Positions 1-9,033 of a stretch of DNA of 38,373 bases are shown here, one piece after another. The DNA lies in contig JBDRNT010000067.1 in the NCBI GenBank assembly GCA_043810925.1, positions 1 to 38,373 on the forward strand, given 5' to 3'. The stretch comes from Candidatus Eiseniibacteriota bacterium. Its GTDB lineage: Bacteria; Arandabacterota; Arandabacteria; Arandabacterales; Arandabacteraceae. Under the pieces are notes generated by a model. It worked only from the letters and a program-made list of their open reading frames with translations, was not told where the DNA came from and made no database searches. Position numbers and translations under genes: made by a program. The stretch's first letter is position 1. Every line of letters begins with the position of its first letter.

Positions 1-18
1 CCCCCAGATTGTCACCAA

Positions 19-40
19 TTTAGCTCTGACCCCAGCTAAA
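19..40. repeat. REP-like palindromic repeat copy (TTTAGCTCTGACCCC) at window start
   Basis: 19-33 is the exact reverse complement of GGGGTCAGAGCTAAA found at 38258 and 38288; TTTAGCT (19-25) can also pair with AGCTAAA (34-40). Confidence 0.75.
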
Positions 41-158
41 GATGATGCGCTCTGGTGTCGAAAAGCATTGAGGGGAAAACGATCATTGCGTCACAGGAGC
101 AGCCCTGGACTACCTGTAGTCACCGACGAGCTGACTCCACACAGCGGGGGCACGCGAA

Positions 159-2468
159 ATGACAGAAAACGACCGGGTTGAAACACAGCTATTGGATAAT
201 CTTACCGACGCTCTCAAGCGGGTAGAGAAGAGCGTAAATGTGCTGGACTGCATTGCAGAGCTCGTGGTGCACCACGACATGGACCTGACAGTGCTGTGGG
301 CGAACAAGGCAGCACGCGACTCTGCGGGCCTCTCGGTCAATGAACTGGCCGGACGCCACTGCTACGAGGTCTGGCACCAGCGCAGTCAACCCTGCACAGG
401 ATGCCCGGTCCTGGAGACCCTCGAGACACGCGAACCGACGTCGAGGGAGATGACCGGTCACAGAGGAGAAGTGCGGCTGATAAAGGCATACCCCGTCCGG
501 GAGGCCGACGGTGAAGTCACCGGGGCCGTTGCGGTCACGACGGATCTGACCGATCTGAAGCTGGCCGAGATGGGCCGCAGGGAATCCGAGGCAAAACACA
601 GAGACCTCGTTGAGCAGTCCCTCCAGGCCATTGTTGTGATCCAGAAAATGCGTATTGTCTTCGCCAACGAGGTGCTGGCAAAGATCACGGGTTTTTCAAT
701 GGAAGAGATTCTTGGATTCGGACCTGAACAGGTGAAAGCGTTCGTACATCCCGAGTGTCAGAACCTGGTTTGGGAGCGATATGCCTCACGTCTGTCAGGC
801 AAGGATGTACCCCCCCACTATGAGTTCCGGGCCTTGAGAAAGGACGGCACCATCTGGTGGGCGGAGATGCACTCCAATCTGGTCACATACCAGGGCGAGC
901 CGGCCATACAGTGCGCCATACTCGATATCACGGAACGCAAGCTCGCGGAGCAGGCCCTCAGAAGATCCGAAGAGCAGCACCGGTCGCTTGTGGAAAACAT
1001 CAACGAAATCATCTTCACCCTGGACACCCAGGGCCGTTTCACCTATGTGAGTCCGGTGGTCGAACGAATCCTGGGGTACCAGCCGGCCGAGATCATCGGT
1101 CAGCCGTTCAACTGGTTCGTCCATCCCGACGACGCGCCCGGTTTGCTGGTCGCATTCGAACGCAGTTTCTCGGCCCACAACAAGCCATACGAGTTCCGTG
1201 TCATTGACAAGAACGGTTCGACTCACTTCGTCCATGTCTCATGCCGACCGGTCAGCGACGAGGGACATATCGAGGGGCTCACGGGCATCATGGCGGACAT
1301 CACTGAAAGCAAGATGGCGGGGGCCGTGCTAAAAGAGTCCGAGGAGATGTACGAGACGCTCGTCAGGGCGACGACGGACGCGGTGATCGTCACCGATCTG
1401 CAGGCAAATCTCACACAGGTGTCGAATCGCACTGTTGAGCTCTTCGGCTATGACACTGCCGACGATCTTGTCGGACGGAACTGGTTCGAGTTGATGGTGG
1501 CGACGGAGCACCAGCGGGCTCTCACAAATCTCAAGATGGCTCTCAAGCAGGGATTCGTACGAAGTACCGAGTATGAAGTGCTGCGACAGGACAGAACCCG
1601 GTTCTCGGCCGAGGTGGATGCCGCTCTTATACGGGATGCGGTCGGCAGTCCCAAGTCGCTCATCATCACGTTGAGGGACATCACCGAACGCAAGCGCGCA
1701 GAGAAGGCGCTCCGGAAGAGCGAGCAGAGATTCAGCGATATCGCCGAGAATGCATCCGAGTGGATCTGGGAGGTGGACGCCGGTGGGACGTACACTTATT
1801 CCAACCCGGTTGTGGAGAAGATCATGGGGTATACGCCGCAGGAAATACTCGGTAAGTGCTTCACCGATTTCTTCCACCCCGAAGATAGAGAGCAGCTGAA
1901 GAAGGCCGCATTCGATACATTCCTGACGAAGAAACCTTTCAGTGACTTCACCAACCGGAACCTGCATAAGAACGGCAAGACGGTGTGGCTTTCAACCAGT
2001 GGTGTGCCTGTCCTCGATGAGAGCGGGGAACTGCTCGGATACAGAGGGGCCGATACCGACATAACCGAACGCAAGTTGTCGGGTGAAGGCCTCTCCGCGG
2101 AAAGGGAACGCCTGGTGAGTACCCTGCGTGCAATCGACGATGGTGTGATCGTCGCCGATCTCACGGGAACCGTGCTCCTGATGAACGAGGCCGCCCTCGG
2201 CTTCACCGGTTGCACGGAACGCGATGCTTTCGGAAAGGATATCAGCGAGGTGCTCCGGTTCGAGACCGACGTTACCGAGGAGACCCCCGCCCGCATCCTT
2301 GCGACCGTCGCTGAAGAGGTCGACAACCCCCGGGTAACAGGCCAGGCTGTACTGATCTCGAAAGACTCCGGGCGGAAACCGATCGCTTACACCGTAGCGC
2401 GCATCTGCGAACGCGATACCGATATCTCGGGGGTAGCGATAATCTTCAAGGATGTCCAGGCCACCTGA
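159..2468 (+). CDS. Cytoplasmic multi-PAS/PAC sensor protein (about 6 PAS domains, no output domain)
   Basis: 769 aa; repeated PAS-PAC units ending in DITE(R/S)K followed by coiled-coil 'AE.ALR.SE' linkers; HP(E/D)D-type motifs; no HisKA, GGDEF or TM segment. Confidence 0.9.
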   Translation: MTENDRVETQLLDNLTDALKRVEKSVNVLDCIAELVVHHDMDLTVLWANKAARDSAGLSVNELAGRHCYEVWHQRSQPCTGCPVLETLETREPTSREMTGHRGEVRLIKAYPVREADGEVTGAVAVTTDLTDLKLAEMGRRESEAKHRDLVEQSLQAIVVIQKMRIVFANEVLAKITGFSMEEILGFGPEQVKAFVHPECQNLVWERYASRLSGKDVPPHYEFRALRKDGTIWWAEMHSNLVTYQGEPAIQCAILDITERKLAEQALRRSEEQHRSLVENINEIIFTLDTQGRFTYVSPVVERILGYQPAEIIGQPFNWFVHPDDAPGLLVAFERSFSAHNKPYEFRVIDKNGSTHFVHVSCRPVSDEGHIEGLTGIMADITESKMAGAVLKESEEMYETLVRATTDAVIVTDLQANLTQVSNRTVELFGYDTADDLVGRNWFELMVATEHQRALTNLKMALKQGFVRSTEYEVLRQDRTRFSAEVDAALIRDAVGSPKSLIITLRDITERKRAEKALRKSEQRFSDIAENASEWIWEVDAGGTYTYSNPVVEKIMGYTPQEILGKCFTDFFHPEDREQLKKAAFDTFLTKKPFSDFTNRNLHKNGKTVWLSTSGVPVLDESGELLGYRGADTDITERKLSGEGLSAERERLVSTLRAIDDGVIVADLTGTVLLMNEAALGFTGCTERDAFGKDISEVLRFETDVTEETPARILATVAEEVDNPRVTGQAVLISKDSGRKPIAYTVARICERDTDISGVAIIFKDVQAT

Positions 2469-2489
2469 GGGAGAGCCCGGTGACGGTCG

Positions 2490-5400
2490 TCACCCGGAAC
2501 TCGGCCCGGTGCCGGCGGTTTTGACCGGCGCCTTGCCTTTCAGGTAGTCTATCATCGGCTGTGTGACCAGAGGTACAACATCGCCGATCATGTGAGGCAT
2601 CAGGTTTTCCATGACCCTCGGCATCAGGTCCGGCATTTGCTCCTTCATGTAGTCGGGCATGGGTATCCGCTCGGCGACACGATCCAGCATGGTCGGCATA
2701 ACCGCCGGCAGCATCTTCGGCAGCAACCTCGGGAAGAGGACCGGAAACATCGGCTTCATAAGGTTCAGAGCACCGGGGATCTTGCCCATGGCGCGCATCA
2801 TACCGCCCATACCGAACGGCATTGCGTCCACGAGCTCCGGCCACATCGTGCCCATGAGATCGGCAAAACCCTGAGGTGTCATCAAGGCTATCATCGCCTC
2901 GAACACGGCCCATTGCCTCTTCACCTCGGGGTGCGGATCCGGAAACTCATGCCCCAGGGCCGAGGCTGCGAACCTCGCCAGATCCACAACTTCAATGGGC
3001 ACCTTCTTCTTGTCCGCGCTCACCCTCAGCTGGAACTCACAACACGGACACAGCGCGAGCACTTTTTCAGCGCCTGCTTCAACCGCCTCGTCGAGCTTCA
3101 CCTTGCCGACATCCGCAGCCACCGGGGGGTCCTTTATCAGCGTGAGGACGCTGCCGCAACAGTGTGCCTCCTCACGATTGTGGCTCATCTCGACAAGGTC
3201 CACGCCGGGGATGGCACGTATGAGATCGCGCGGCGGATCATAGACACCCGAAACCCGCCCGATGTGACAGGAGTCATGCCAGGTTACCTTGACGCGCTCC
3301 TTGCCGTTATCCGGAAACTTAAATTCGCCTGCATGAATCTTCTCACTGACTATCTCCGAGTAATGCCTGGTCTTGATGTCATAGTCGATCCCAAGCTTCT
3401 CGGCCCATTCCGCGTAGACGTGCCGCCACATCATGTCGCAGGCCGGGCACGAAGTCACAACGGTGTCGGCACCCGACTCCTTGACGGCCGCGATATTCCT
3501 CTTTACGGTATCAGCAAACACATCCCACTTGCCGGCGACCAGCATCGGGGTCCCGCAGCAGGTCTCCTTGTCCCCGAGGTATGTGAAATCCACACCCGCG
3601 GCGTCGAGCAACCGGACGGCGGCCATACCTATGTCGTGCTCGACATAGCTGGCCGTGCAGCCGGCGAAGTATACGTTGTTGGACCGCGTTCCAGGCCCGT
3701 GCCTGGCTGCGAGGTCCTCCGGGAACCAGGCCGCACGATCCTTCCGGTAGCCCGCCCAGATGTCTCCTTCTTTACGAAGTGCGGCCGTCATCATCTCAAA
3801 TGGCGGAAAGGTCATACGCTTCTGTTCGTGAATGAGCTCGCCCCTGAGCGCAAGCCACGACGTTTCGATAGGAAGACTTGTGGAACACCGGCTGTTGCAG
3901 AGCTCGCACGTGGTGCATGCGAGGATGGTATCGACCATGAACTGGTTCCACTTCTCCCGCCCCGCCATGTGCTCGCGGAGCCAGTACCACTTGCCGCGCG
4001 GGCTCTGGCTCTCCCATCCCCTCCCGTAGAACTGATCGCACTCCTCAACACAGTAGCCGCACTGGGAACAGCTGTAGGCATACCAGGCAACATCCGCCGG
4101 AATGTCCCCTACCGGCCCCGAGGGTCTCTCGCCCACGTGGGTTATGACGTAATTCCCGAACGGTCTTATCAGCGGCTCAAAAATACTCGCAAGATTGAGA
4201 GCCGTCCCAACGATGCCGTTTCCGATCACCTTGCCGGGATTGAGCAACGCCTTCGGGTCGATCTTCGCCTTGTAGGCCTTGAGCCGGCGAACCCGTTCCT
4301 GTCCCAGGACCGTAGCCGCCTTCTTGGCGAAATACAGACCGGTCGAATACGGCCGGCCTCCATGCTTCTCGGCGATATTGACGATAGTCATGACCAGCCC
4401 GAAGACGAAGTTGTAGCTGAACTTGCGTTCATCACTCGGTATGAAGCCAAGTATCACCACCTCCGGCTCGCCATCCGCGCCCTCGCGTATGATCACGCCC
4501 TCCTTTACGATGGGCTGATTCACCTTGCGCTCTATTTCGGTCATCACCACACCAAGATTGGAAAGCGGAACAACAACTTCTGCGGGCACAAGGCTCGGAC
4601 CGAGGCGCTTTACAACCATCAGGTTGAAGCGGTGTTCCCACTCATGCCGGGCTATGCGGTCGCTCAGGATCTCGCCTGCACAGGGTTTGAGGAGCTCCCT
4701 GAGTTTCGACACGACCGACTCCCGGTCGCCGGCCCTGAAGGCCAGCGTTGTTATATATGAAGCAGGCAGAAGCACCCGTTCCTCCGCGGGCTTTCCGTGA
4801 TGCATTCTTAAGGGGGCCTTGTTCTTGAGCTCGGCCATACGCGGGTTTATGAATACCATCGACCAGATCGGAAGTTCCTCGGCGACAATGGTCTCGACGA
4901 GTTGCTGAAGCTCGTGCGCACCCGGACAGCCGATCGCGACGACGCCCAGGTCCTCAAGCGGCTGCACCCGGATAGTGACCTCACTGATTATGCCCGTCGT
5001 ACCCTCGGCATCGGCCACCAGATCGAGCTCGCTTCCACCGAACTCCTTCACCGAGCCGTCGGGAAGCACAACTCTCGCGCTGACCACATTGTCTTTGAAC
5101 CATCCGGCCTCATACGACCCTATGCCAGCTCCTCCCTGGGCCAGCCAGCCGGCGACCGTCGACGCCGGGTAGCTCGTAGGGTAAAGACGCAGAGTAAGTC
5201 CCTGCTTCGCCAGTTCTTTGTCAAGCTTCTCCCAGACCATACCGGCCTGGACCGTCACGGTCTGCGCCGCCTTGTCGAACCTGACGGCCTTGTTCAAATG
5301 GTAGGTGTCTACAACAATACCGTTCTTGATCGGCAGCACACCACCATAGCCCGAGGTGGCCTTGCCACGGGGCGTAAGCGGTACTCCGTGCTCACCGGAC

Positions 5401-5603
5401 CACCGGGAAAGGTAAACCAGATCCTCCTCGGTCTCGGCAAGCACAACAGCGTCCGGGATCGTGCTTCCGACAAGCGGTTTGAAGAGCCCGGGCATGACGG
5501 CTATGTCATGACCATAGAGTTTACGTTCGAGCCTGTCGAAATTTACCCTGTCTCCGAACTTCTCCTCGAGCGATCTTCGCTGTGACACTTTAAGGCCCGC
5601 CAT
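2490..5603 (-). CDS. FAD-binding oxidoreductase fused to 4Fe-4S dicluster and two CCG domains (GlcD/GlcF-like fusion)
   Basis: PRGKATSGYGG FAD-binding motif, AEGTTGIISE, LLNPGKV; CSQCGYCVEEC and CTTCELCNSRC ferredoxin motifs; YFAGC...TCCG...SCPAC and HDSCH...HCCG...LCPCC CCG repeats. Confidence 0.9.
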   Translation of the reverse strand: MAGLKVSQRRSLEEKFGDRVNFDRLERKLYGHDIAVMPGLFKPLVGSTIPDAVVLAETEEDLVYLSRWSGEHGVPLTPRGKATSGYGGVLPIKNGIVVDTYHLNKAVRFDKAAQTVTVQAGMVWEKLDKELAKQGLTLRLYPTSYPASTVAGWLAQGGAGIGSYEAGWFKDNVVSARVVLPDGSVKEFGGSELDLVADAEGTTGIISEVTIRVQPLEDLGVVAIGCPGAHELQQLVETIVAEELPIWSMVFINPRMAELKNKAPLRMHHGKPAEERVLLPASYITTLAFRAGDRESVVSKLRELLKPCAGEILSDRIARHEWEHRFNLMVVKRLGPSLVPAEVVVPLSNLGVVMTEIERKVNQPIVKEGVIIREGADGEPEVVILGFIPSDERKFSYNFVFGLVMTIVNIAEKHGGRPYSTGLYFAKKAATVLGQERVRRLKAYKAKIDPKALLNPGKVIGNGIVGTALNLASIFEPLIRPFGNYVITHVGERPSGPVGDIPADVAWYAYSCSQCGYCVEECDQFYGRGWESQSPRGKWYWLREHMAGREKWNQFMVDTILACTTCELCNSRCSTSLPIETSWLALRGELIHEQKRMTFPPFEMMTAALRKEGDIWAGYRKDRAAWFPEDLAARHGPGTRSNNVYFAGCTASYVEHDIGMAAVRLLDAAGVDFTYLGDKETCCGTPMLVAGKWDVFADTVKRNIAAVKESGADTVVTSCPACDMMWRHVYAEWAEKLGIDYDIKTRHYSEIVSEKIHAGEFKFPDNGKERVKVTWHDSCHIGRVSGVYDPPRDLIRAIPGVDLVEMSHNREEAHCCGSVLTLIKDPPVAADVGKVKLDEAVEAGAEKVLALCPCCEFQLRVSADKKKVPIEVVDLARFAASALGHEFPDPHPEVKRQWAVFEAMIALMTPQGFADLMGTMWPELVDAMPFGMGGMMRAMGKIPGALNLMKPMFPVLFPRLLPKMLPAVMPTMLDRVAERIPMPDYMKEQMPDLMPRVMENLMPHMIGDVVPLVTQPMIDYLKGKAPVKTAGTGPSSG

Positions 5604-5919
5604 CTTTTCCCCCTGCCTCCGTTGGCCGGCCCGATCTCTCCCACATCCGGCGGTTTTCGTCAGGCGCTTTGGCTACTGCTGTGATTCCGTCAAGGTCGAC
5701 TCCGTTTCAGGATCGGCGGCTTCAGACCCGGATAGTCACGTTGCTGAGGCCAAGAATGCTCTGGTGTGAGGTGACTTCGCCCAGCGCCTCGCTTCTCTGT
5801 AAGACACCGGGAGCTTCGGCGCGACCCGAATAGACTCCGTAAGGTCACCGGGCGAAGTCGATGCACATGAGTTGCTCTTGGTACTCCTCACATTGCCTGT
5901 CAACCCCACATGAAGCACT

Positions 5920-5948
5920 TAGTAACCGACCATCTTGATCGGTTACTA
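5920..5948. promoter_or_regulatory. Perfect 10-bp inverted repeat, candidate transcription-factor operator
   Basis: TAGTAACCGA-N9-TCGGTTACTA in an AT-rich patch between divergent genes. Confidence 0.45.
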
Positions 5949-6228
5949 TTATGATTACCTTTTTGCTGGAAGGTTTCACCAATGTTGGAGATTTGGGATG
6001 AAAAATGGGCTCCCCACACTCGGGACGTTTCCGACACGGCTGAGCCCAGGGGCGCTTACGCTTCTATTCGGCTTTTTTAGGTCAAACCCGTGCAGGATCT
6101 CGTCCCTTGCAGGGAGCCTGCTTAGTTAGATTCCGACGAGGCGGGCAGGATTCACCGCGAACCACAAATAAGCTGATCCTTGACGGGTTCACACATGGCA
6201 TGTGCCGATGCCCGCGACGGTGATCGAC

Positions 6229-6259
6229 TTGACAAACCATGCGTTGAAGTGGTATCAAT
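6229..6259 (+). promoter_or_regulatory. Candidate sigma70 promoter for tldD-pmbA
   Basis: TTGACA at 6229-6234 followed ~18 bp later by TGG-TATCAAT (imperfect -10). Confidence 0.4.
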
Positions 6260-6277
6260 TTCTTCTTTGGAGCAGAT

Positions 6278-7693
6278 ATGAAAGAACATGCAACAGGCTT
6301 TCCGGTTAGGGAAGATATAGAACGAGCCCTTGCGGCGACCCTGGCAAAGGGCGCCGAGTTCGCCGAGGTCTATCTCCAACGGAGAACCACCGATACGGTA
6401 CAACTCGAGGCGCAGATCGTCCGTGAAGCTTCACGAGGGATAACGGCGGGCGCGGGTATAAGAGCTATATCCGGTGAGAAGATCGGCTACGCCTATACGG
6501 ACGACCTTGACCCCGCTCGGCTGATCGAAGCAGCGGGGATGGCAGCTGAGATCGCCACGGGGAGTGACAGACCACTGGCCGTTGAGCTCGGAGCCCTATC
6601 CGAGGCCCGGCCGCGTTCGGCAATCGGGATATTTCCCGTTGAAATCGAGGCGGCCGACAAGATCGAGACGGCGCGTTCGGCCGATCAGGCCGCGAGAGAC
6701 TACGATAAGCGGATAAGCGAAGTGCTTGTCGGTCTGACGGACTCAGACAAGAGGTTCCTCATTGCGAATTCCGAGGGAACCCATGTCAGTGACCGGCAGA
6801 TTCTGACATCGCTGAGGATCACGACCGTGGCGGAGGCAAAGGGTCTGAGGCAAAGAGGCTTCAGGTCCTTAAGCGGCACCGTGGGTTATGAGATCTTCGA
6901 CAAGGAGTCGCCAAAGGACTGTGCCCGGGACGCGGCACGGCAGGCGGTCGGTCTCCTCGATGCGCAGGAAGCACCCGCGGGCAAGATGGTGCTTGTGCTT
7001 GGAAGCGGAAGAGGAGGTGTGCTCCTACATGAGGCCATCGGACACGGCTTTGAGGGGGATTTTATCCGCAAGAAGACATCGCTTTTCACCGGAATGATCG
7101 GTGAGAAGATTGCTGCTGAGACATGCACGATCGTTGATGACGCCACAATCCCGGGCCTCAGGGGAACCATCAATGTCGATGATGAAGGGACGCCCGGCGG
7201 CCGTACCGTGCTGGTTGAGAGAGGGATTCTCAAGGGTTTCCTTTTTGACAAACTCAACGGCAGATTGATGAACAGCGCATCGACCGGTAACGGACGGCGG
7301 CAGTCTTACAAGTACATGCCGGTTGTGAGGATGACCAACACGTTCATGCAACCGGGCGAGACTCCACCCGAGGAGATAATCGCGTCGGTCAAGCAGGGTT
7401 TCTATGCCAAGCGGATCGGCGGCGGCCAGGTGGACATCGCAAGCGGCAATTTCGTGTTCGAAGTGATGGAGGGCTACCTTATAGAAGACGGCAGGGTCGG
7501 ACCACCCGTCAGAGGGGCCAATCTCATCGGCAACGGAGCAGAGGTTCTTAAGAAGATCGAGATGGTCGGAAACGATTTCGCATATGATCCCGGCGGTGGG
7601 ACCTGCGGCAAGGCGGGGCAGGCGATGCCGGTCGGCAACGGTGTTCCAACAGTCAAACTTTCGGAGATCACTGTCGGAGGAACCAGGTCATAG
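6278..7693 (+). CDS. tldD: TldD metalloprotease subunit
   Basis: LLHEAIGHGFEGD zinc motif, DDEG, STGNGRR, RMTNTF, GGQVD, CGKAGQ..PVG.G.PT. Confidence 0.95.
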   Translation: MKEHATGFPVREDIERALAATLAKGAEFAEVYLQRRTTDTVQLEAQIVREASRGITAGAGIRAISGEKIGYAYTDDLDPARLIEAAGMAAEIATGSDRPLAVELGALSEARPRSAIGIFPVEIEAADKIETARSADQAARDYDKRISEVLVGLTDSDKRFLIANSEGTHVSDRQILTSLRITTVAEAKGLRQRGFRSLSGTVGYEIFDKESPKDCARDAARQAVGLLDAQEAPAGKMVLVLGSGRGGVLLHEAIGHGFEGDFIRKKTSLFTGMIGEKIAAETCTIVDDATIPGLRGTINVDDEGTPGGRTVLVERGILKGFLFDKLNGRLMNSASTGNGRRQSYKYMPVVRMTNTFMQPGETPPEEIIASVKQGFYAKRIGGGQVDIASGNFVFEVMEGYLIEDGRVGPPVRGANLIGNGAEVLKKIEMVGNDFAYDPGGGTCGKAGQAMPVGNGVPTVKLSEITVGGTRS

Positions 7694-7695
7694 AG

Positions 7696-9033
7696 ATGGA
7701 CTATATTGAGCTCGCAGCCGAGGTGACGCGCAAAGCCGGGAAGCAGGGCGCCGATGAATGCGACTGCCTGATGGAGGTGGGACACGAACTGACAGTCAAG
7801 GTGAGACATGGAGAAGTCGAGAGCATTGAACGCGCGGACTTCAGGGGTCTCGGTATGAGAATCTTCATCAACAAATCCCTTGGCTTCGGATTCACCACGG
7901 ATTTCTCCGCCGCTTCCATCGACGGCCTCATCGAGCAGTCCCGCGCCTTCGCCCGGACTTCCACACCCGATCCCGATGCCGGCATACCCGAGTTCGAGCA
8001 GACCGAGTTCGACGACCTTGATCTTAACGATCCCGAATTGGATGAGACACCGCTCCGCACCAAGACCGATCTGGCACTGACCTGCGAGCAGGCCGCCTAT
8101 GACCACGACAGGAGGATCAAGTATACCTACGGCACCTCCTACAGCGATCAGAAAGGAAGAGTGATCCTGGCGCGGATGGGGGCAGACCCAATCGTCCGCG
8201 AAGGTACCCACGTCGACATCACCTGTGTTCCGGTTGCGGAGGACGGTGGTGAGAAGCGAATGGGCGTCTGGCTTTCGGCCGAGCGGTTCCTGTCGGATCT
8301 TGAGCCTGCCGCAGCCGTGGGGACGATCGCGGCCCAGAGGGCCGTCTCGATGCTCGGTGCCAGTACCGTACCCACGCAGAAGGCGGCGGTTGTCTTCGAC
8401 CAGAGGACCGGAACCCAGGTTGTGGCCAACATATTCGAAAGCCTTGACGGCGAGCGAATAATCCAGGGCATGTCCTTTCTCAAGGACAGGATCGGGCAGA
8501 AGGTCGGATCCGATTCAGCAAGCCTGGTCGATGACGGCAAAATGGCCCGGCGGATAGGCTCACGGCCATTTGATTCCGAAGGTACGCCTACACGAAGAAC
8601 ACTGGCTATCGACAAGGGTACGGTTAAGTCCTACTTCTACGATTTCCGTTCGGCGAGGAAAGCGGGTGCAGAGCCGACCGGCAATGCAAGCAGGGGGTTT
8701 GCCTCCATACCATCCGTGGGGGCCAACAACTTCTGCCTCATACCCGGTAAGACCTCCAGGGAGACCGTCATAGGCGGGGTCGAGAACGGCCTTCTGGTAA
8801 CCAACCTCCTCGGGTTCGGGGTGAACATAACCACGGGTGACTTCTCCCGGGGCGCCGAGGGGATGTGGATAAAGGACGGCAAGATAAGCCACCCCGTGCA
8901 CGGCGTAACCATCGCCGGAAACCTTCTCGATATGCTTAGGGACATGGAGGCGGTGGCATCCGATCTGCGCTTCTTCGGCAGAATCGGTTCCCCGACATTC
9001 GTGGTGCGCGAAATGACGATTGCAGGTGACTAG
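7696..9033 (+). CDS. pmbA: PmbA/TldE protease partner subunit
   Basis: Directly follows tldD; lacks HExxH; SFL..RIGQKV, RPFDSEG, PTGNASRG, GVNITTGDFSRGAEG, TIAGN motifs. Confidence 0.93.
   Translation: MDYIELAAEVTRKAGKQGADECDCLMEVGHELTVKVRHGEVESIERADFRGLGMRIFINKSLGFGFTTDFSAASIDGLIEQSRAFARTSTPDPDAGIPEFEQTEFDDLDLNDPELDETPLRTKTDLALTCEQAAYDHDRRIKYTYGTSYSDQKGRVILARMGADPIVREGTHVDITCVPVAEDGGEKRMGVWLSAERFLSDLEPAAAVGTIAAQRAVSMLGASTVPTQKAAVVFDQRTGTQVVANIFESLDGERIIQGMSFLKDRIGQKVGSDSASLVDDGKMARRIGSRPFDSEGTPTRRTLAIDKGTVKSYFYDFRSARKAGAEPTGNASRGFASIPSVGANNFCLIPGKTSRETVIGGVENGLLVTNLLGFGVNITTGDFSRGAEGMWIKDGKISHPVHGVTIAGNLLDMLRDMEAVASDLRFFGRIGSPTFVVREMTIAGD

Noticed and set aside
2466-2483. UGA read-through extending the PAS protein into a kinase
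   Set aside because: A second in-frame TGA follows after four codons and the space is occupied by the convergent gene
2592-4760. 722-aa plus-strand ORF and the many other long antisense ORFs in the track (e.g. 4902..5585, 26871..27710, 28141..28983, 32364..33113)
   Set aside because: They lie opposite well-supported genes, lack recognisable motifs, and are typical shadow ORFs of GC-rich coding DNA
5745-5890. Calling the rod hairpin 6S RNA
   Set aside because: It is shorter than typical 6S RNA, I could not identify conserved 6S motifs, and zapA/ygfA context is missing; kept only as an unassigned candidate
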